From NCBI GenBank assembly GCA_002269645.1, contig NIVC01003712.1, positions 1 to 23,253 of the forward strand: 23,253 nucleotides of DNA, written 5' to 3'. The DNA comes from Macrostomum lignano (taxonomy: Eukaryota). The notes beneath the pieces are model-generated. The model was not told where the DNA came from and made no database searches. It saw nothing but the letters and a program-made list of their open reading frames with translations. Below, in pieces: positions 20,501 through 23,253 of this stretch. Each line of letters starts with the position of its first letter. Within the stretch, counting starts at the first letter, position 1. The position numbers and the translations under genes are program-made.

Positions 20501-22002
20501 ATCGGCTTCAACCCCGTCACCATGGGCGGCTACGGGGCCTCCGTGGCCGGTAGCTTCAGCCTGGCGGCCGGCCTCGCCCTGGCCGTGGTTGTCGGCCAGC
20601 GCGGCGGCAACACCTCGCAGGCGAACGACGGAGCCGGCGGTGGCGGTGGAGGCGGCAGCTTCGTCTAACCTGCAGGCCAACGCCAGCCTGCTGGTGGCCC
20701 GCTGGCGGCGGCGGAGGCGCTGGACGAGCTTACACCGGTATGGGAGTTTGTACTTTTGTGCTAATGGGACGGGGTGCAAATTGTACTTTTGTCCTAATGG
20801 TTAGGGGTGCAAATTGTACTTTTGTGCTAATGGTTAGGGGTGCAAATTGTACTTTTGTGCTAATGGTTAGGGGTGTAACTTGTACTTTTGTGCTAATGGG
20901 ACGGGGAGTGCAAATTGTACTTTTGTGCTAATGGTTAGGGGTGCAAATTGTACTTTTGTGCTAATGGTTAGGGGTGTAACTTGTACTTTTGTGCTAATGG
21001 TTAGGGGTGCAAATTGTAATTTCGTGCTAATGTTTAGGGGTGCAAATTGTACTTTTGTGCTAATGGTTAGGGGTGCAAATTGTAATTTCGTGCTAATGGT
21101 TAGGGGTGCAATTGTACTTTTGTGCTAATGGTTAGGGGTGCAAATTGTACTTTTGTGCTAATGGTTAGGGTGTAACTTGTAATTTTGTGCTAATGGTTAG
21201 GGGTGCAAATTGTACTTTTGTGTTAATGGTTAGGGTGAAAATTGTACTTTTGTGTTAATGGTTAGGGGTGTAACTTGTACTTTTGTGCTAATGGGACGGG
21301 AGTGCAAATTGTACTTTTGTGCTAATGGGACGGGAGTGCAAAATTGTAATTTTGTGCTAATGGGACGGGAGTGCAAATCGCGCTGGTGTGCTAATGGGAG
21401 AGAGTGCAGCAGCGCTATGATGGGGCGCCAGGTATGTTACGAGTATCAGCTCGTAGGAGATCCAGCATCATATGCTAATTGGTTGCCAGTAATAAGAAAA
21501 ACTCGGATTTTGGGTGCCAGGCCGCAACGGCCAGGCGGCCCGAACGGCACCGACTCGTACACTGAGGACTGGCGCGCCAGAACAACGCTTTGGGCGGCGC
21601 CCAACGGCCAGCCGGGCAGTTGGGTGCCCAGCAGCAACACGGAGGGACTGCGCGGCGGCCCCGGCGCCGGCTGGCTGGCCGCTGCACCGGCCAGGAGCGA
21701 CACGGCCTACGGAGAGCGGGGCGGCAGCCGCGCCGAGGGCTGGGTTGGCGGAGTCGGCGCGCTCCGCCAACAACACGCTGTTGGCGGCTTCGGCGGAGGC
21801 GGCGGCGGCGGACCGGCTCTGGGCGCCGGGGAGGCGGCGGAGGCTATAGCGGCGGCGGGGCCGGCACCTACTACCAAGGTTACTGGCGGCGGCGGCGGCT
21901 CTTACTGCGGCGGCCTCCGACTGCATGGCCGTCACCGGAGGCAACAATGCCTCGGATTATGGATATGTTGATGTAAAGCTGCTGGGATTTGGGGCCTGCT
22001 AG
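17542..22002 (+). CDS. 4-exon gene for a secreted protein: signal peptide, PAN/Apple domain and ALK/LTK-type glycine-rich domain (about 400 aa); exons 3-4 frameshifted in this sequence
   Basis: Exons 17542-17599, 18171-18503, 20400-20737 and 21521-22002, all joined by phase 1 GT..AG junctions. No TM or kinase sequence before TAG at 22000-22002. Confidence 0.75.
17664..18047. repeat. 34-bp minisatellite GCTGACACACAGGGAGGTTGCGGGATCTGAGGCT, about 11 copies
   Basis: Read directly. Confidence 0.97.
18171..18503 (+). CDS. PAN-GRD gene exon 2: PAN/Apple-like domain
   Basis: SVRSVIECALECRGADCVAVAWF....RCQL cysteine pattern; acaatcag| acceptor and GAC G|gtgaga donor; phase 1-1. Confidence 0.8.
18507..19187. 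repeat. 32-bp minisatellite GCTGACACAGGGATTGTGCGGGATCGGAGTGA, about 21 copies
   Basis: Read directly. Confidence 0.97.
19750..20310. repeat. 42-bp minisatellite TTAGGCGTCCTTGTCTTGTATTCTAGTCCAGATATTTAAGCT
   Basis: Read directly; the edges are degenerate. Confidence 0.95.
20400..20737 (+). CDS. PAN-GRD gene exon 3: N-terminal half of the glycine-rich domain
   Basis: IQ..I.VTGCYRIEARGARGG..GASVAGSFSL..G..L.VVVGQRG..GGGGGGGSFV(Y)..LLVAAGGGGG; two +1 homopolymer shifts (near 20667 and 20700); ccgcag| acceptor and G|gtatgg donor. Confidence 0.8.
20740..21395. repeat. 33-bp minisatellite GGGGTGCAAATTGTACTTTTGTGCTAATGGTTA
   Basis: Read directly; fills intron 3 of the PAN-GRD gene. Confidence 0.95.
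21521..22002 (+). CDS. PAN-GRD gene exon 4: C-terminal half of the glycine-rich domain
   Basis: GGPGAGW..GGS..GWVGG..GGFGGGGG..GGGGGYSGGGAG..GGGGGSY..TGGNN..GYVDVKL-stop, spread over three frames (at least 4 shifts). Confidence 0.7.
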
Positions 22003-22084
22003 GTAGCAGTGGGAGAGTAGATAGGGTTGAGTTGCTAGGGAGATCGCGTGGGTAGGGATCGAGTAGCGGAGTTTAGATAAGGAG

Positions 22085-22525
22085 AAGTAGCTAGTGGAGA
22101 GTAGTTAGAGGGGAGAGAGTAGCTAGGGGAGAGTAGCTAGGGGAGAGTAGCTAGGGAGAGTAGTTAGGGGAGAGTAGTTAGGAGAGAGTAGCTAGGGGAG
22201 AGTAGTAGCGGGAGAGTAGTTTAGGGGAGAGTAGTTAGGGGAGAGTAGCTAGGGGAGAGTAGTTAGGGGAGAGTAGTTAGGGAGAGAGTAGTTAGGGAAG
22301 AGTAGCTAGGGGAGAGTAGTTAGGGAGAGTAGTTAAGGGGAGAGTAGCTAGGGGAGAGTAGTTAGGGGAGAGTAGTTAGGGGAGAGTAGCTAGGGAGAGT
22401 AGTTAGGGGAGAGTAGTTAGGGGAGAGTAGCTAGGGGAGAGTAGTAGGTGAGAGTAGCTAAGGGTGAGAGTAGCTAGGAGAGAGTAGCTAGGGGAGAGTA
22501 GCTAGGTGAGAGTAGTTAGGAGAAG
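22085..22525. repeat. 14-bp minisatellite GGGGAGAGTAG(C/T)TA
   Basis: Read directly. Confidence 0.95.
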
Positions 22526-22614
22526 TGGAGAGTAGTTGGGGTGAGTAGTAAGGGGAGTGTAGATAGGGGTGTAGATAAGGAGAGTAACCTAGAGAGAGAG
22601 CTAGCTGAGGCAGG

Positions 22615-23253
22615 AGGGCAGCTGGGAGAGTCATGGAGAGGAGAGGCAGCTGTGGAGAGTCATGGAGAGGAGAGGCAGCTGGGAGAGTCATGGAGAGGAG
22701 AGCAGCTGGGAGAGTCATGGAGAGGAGAGTCAGCTGGGAGAGTCATGGGAGGAGAGCAGCTGGAGGAGCTCATGGGAGAGGAGAGCAGCTGGGAGAGTCA
22801 TGGAGAGGAGAGCAGCTGGGAGAGTCATGGAGAGGAGAGCAGCTGGAGAGTCATGAGAGAGGAGAGCAGCTGGGAGAAGTCATGGGGAGGAGAGTAGCTG
22901 GCGGAGACTCATATGAGAGCAGGGGAGAGGAGACAGCTGTGGGAGAGTCATGGAGAGGAGAGCAGCTGGGAGAGTCATGCGAGAGGAAGCAGCTGGGAAG
23001 TCATGGAGAGGAGAGCAGCTGGGAGAGTCATGGAGAGGAGAGGCAGCTGGGAGATCATGGGAGGAGAGTAGCTGGGAGAGTCATGGAGAGGAGAGCAGCT
23101 GGGAAGTCATGGAGAGGAGAGCAGCTGGGAGAGTCATGGAAGGAGAGCAGCTGGGAGAGTCATGGAGGAGGAGAGCAGCTGGGAGAGTCATGGAGAGGAG
23201 AGCAGCTGGGAGTCATGGAGAGGAGAGCAGCTGGGAGAGTCATGGGGAGGAGA
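22615..23253. repeat. 27-bp minisatellite GGAGAGGAGAGCAGCTGGGAGAGTCAT, running off the window end
   Basis: Read directly; many 1-bp indel variants. Confidence 0.95.

Noticed and set aside
20400-22002. PE-PGRS or bacterial contamination, or a true ALK/LTK ortholog
   Set aside because: The gene has spliceosomal introns and a eukaryotic signal peptide, no PE domain, and no TM or kinase before the stop.

Overview
This is eukaryotic (animal) genomic DNA: GC-rich spliced exons separated by GT-AG introns, most of them filled with a different mini- or microsatellite. The style resembles the flatworm Macrostomum, but that is an inference only. I reconstructed three genes by hand. (1) Plus strand, about 1529-3000: a rhodopsin-class 7TM receptor with no intron evident in the CDS, non-canonical TM2/TM3 motifs and at least 7 single-base frameshifts that look like sequencing errors. 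(2) Minus strand, 15870-4298: an intact 15-exon gene for a type I membrane protein of about 1630 aa, with a signal peptide, 11 CUB-like domains, a TM helix and a polyQ/Tyr/PxxP cytoplasmic tail. (3) Plus strand, 17542-22002, head-to-head with gene 2: a 4-exon gene for a secreted protein of about 400 aa with a PAN/Apple domain fused to an ALK/LTK-type glycine-rich domain; its 3' exons are frameshifted. The window also has three diverged copies of a SINE-like repeat, a 242-bp hAT-type MITE whose empty site occurs elsewhere in the window, and about 20 tandem arrays. There is no CRISPR, rRNA or true tRNA, and most long ORFs in the ORF track are translations of repeats.
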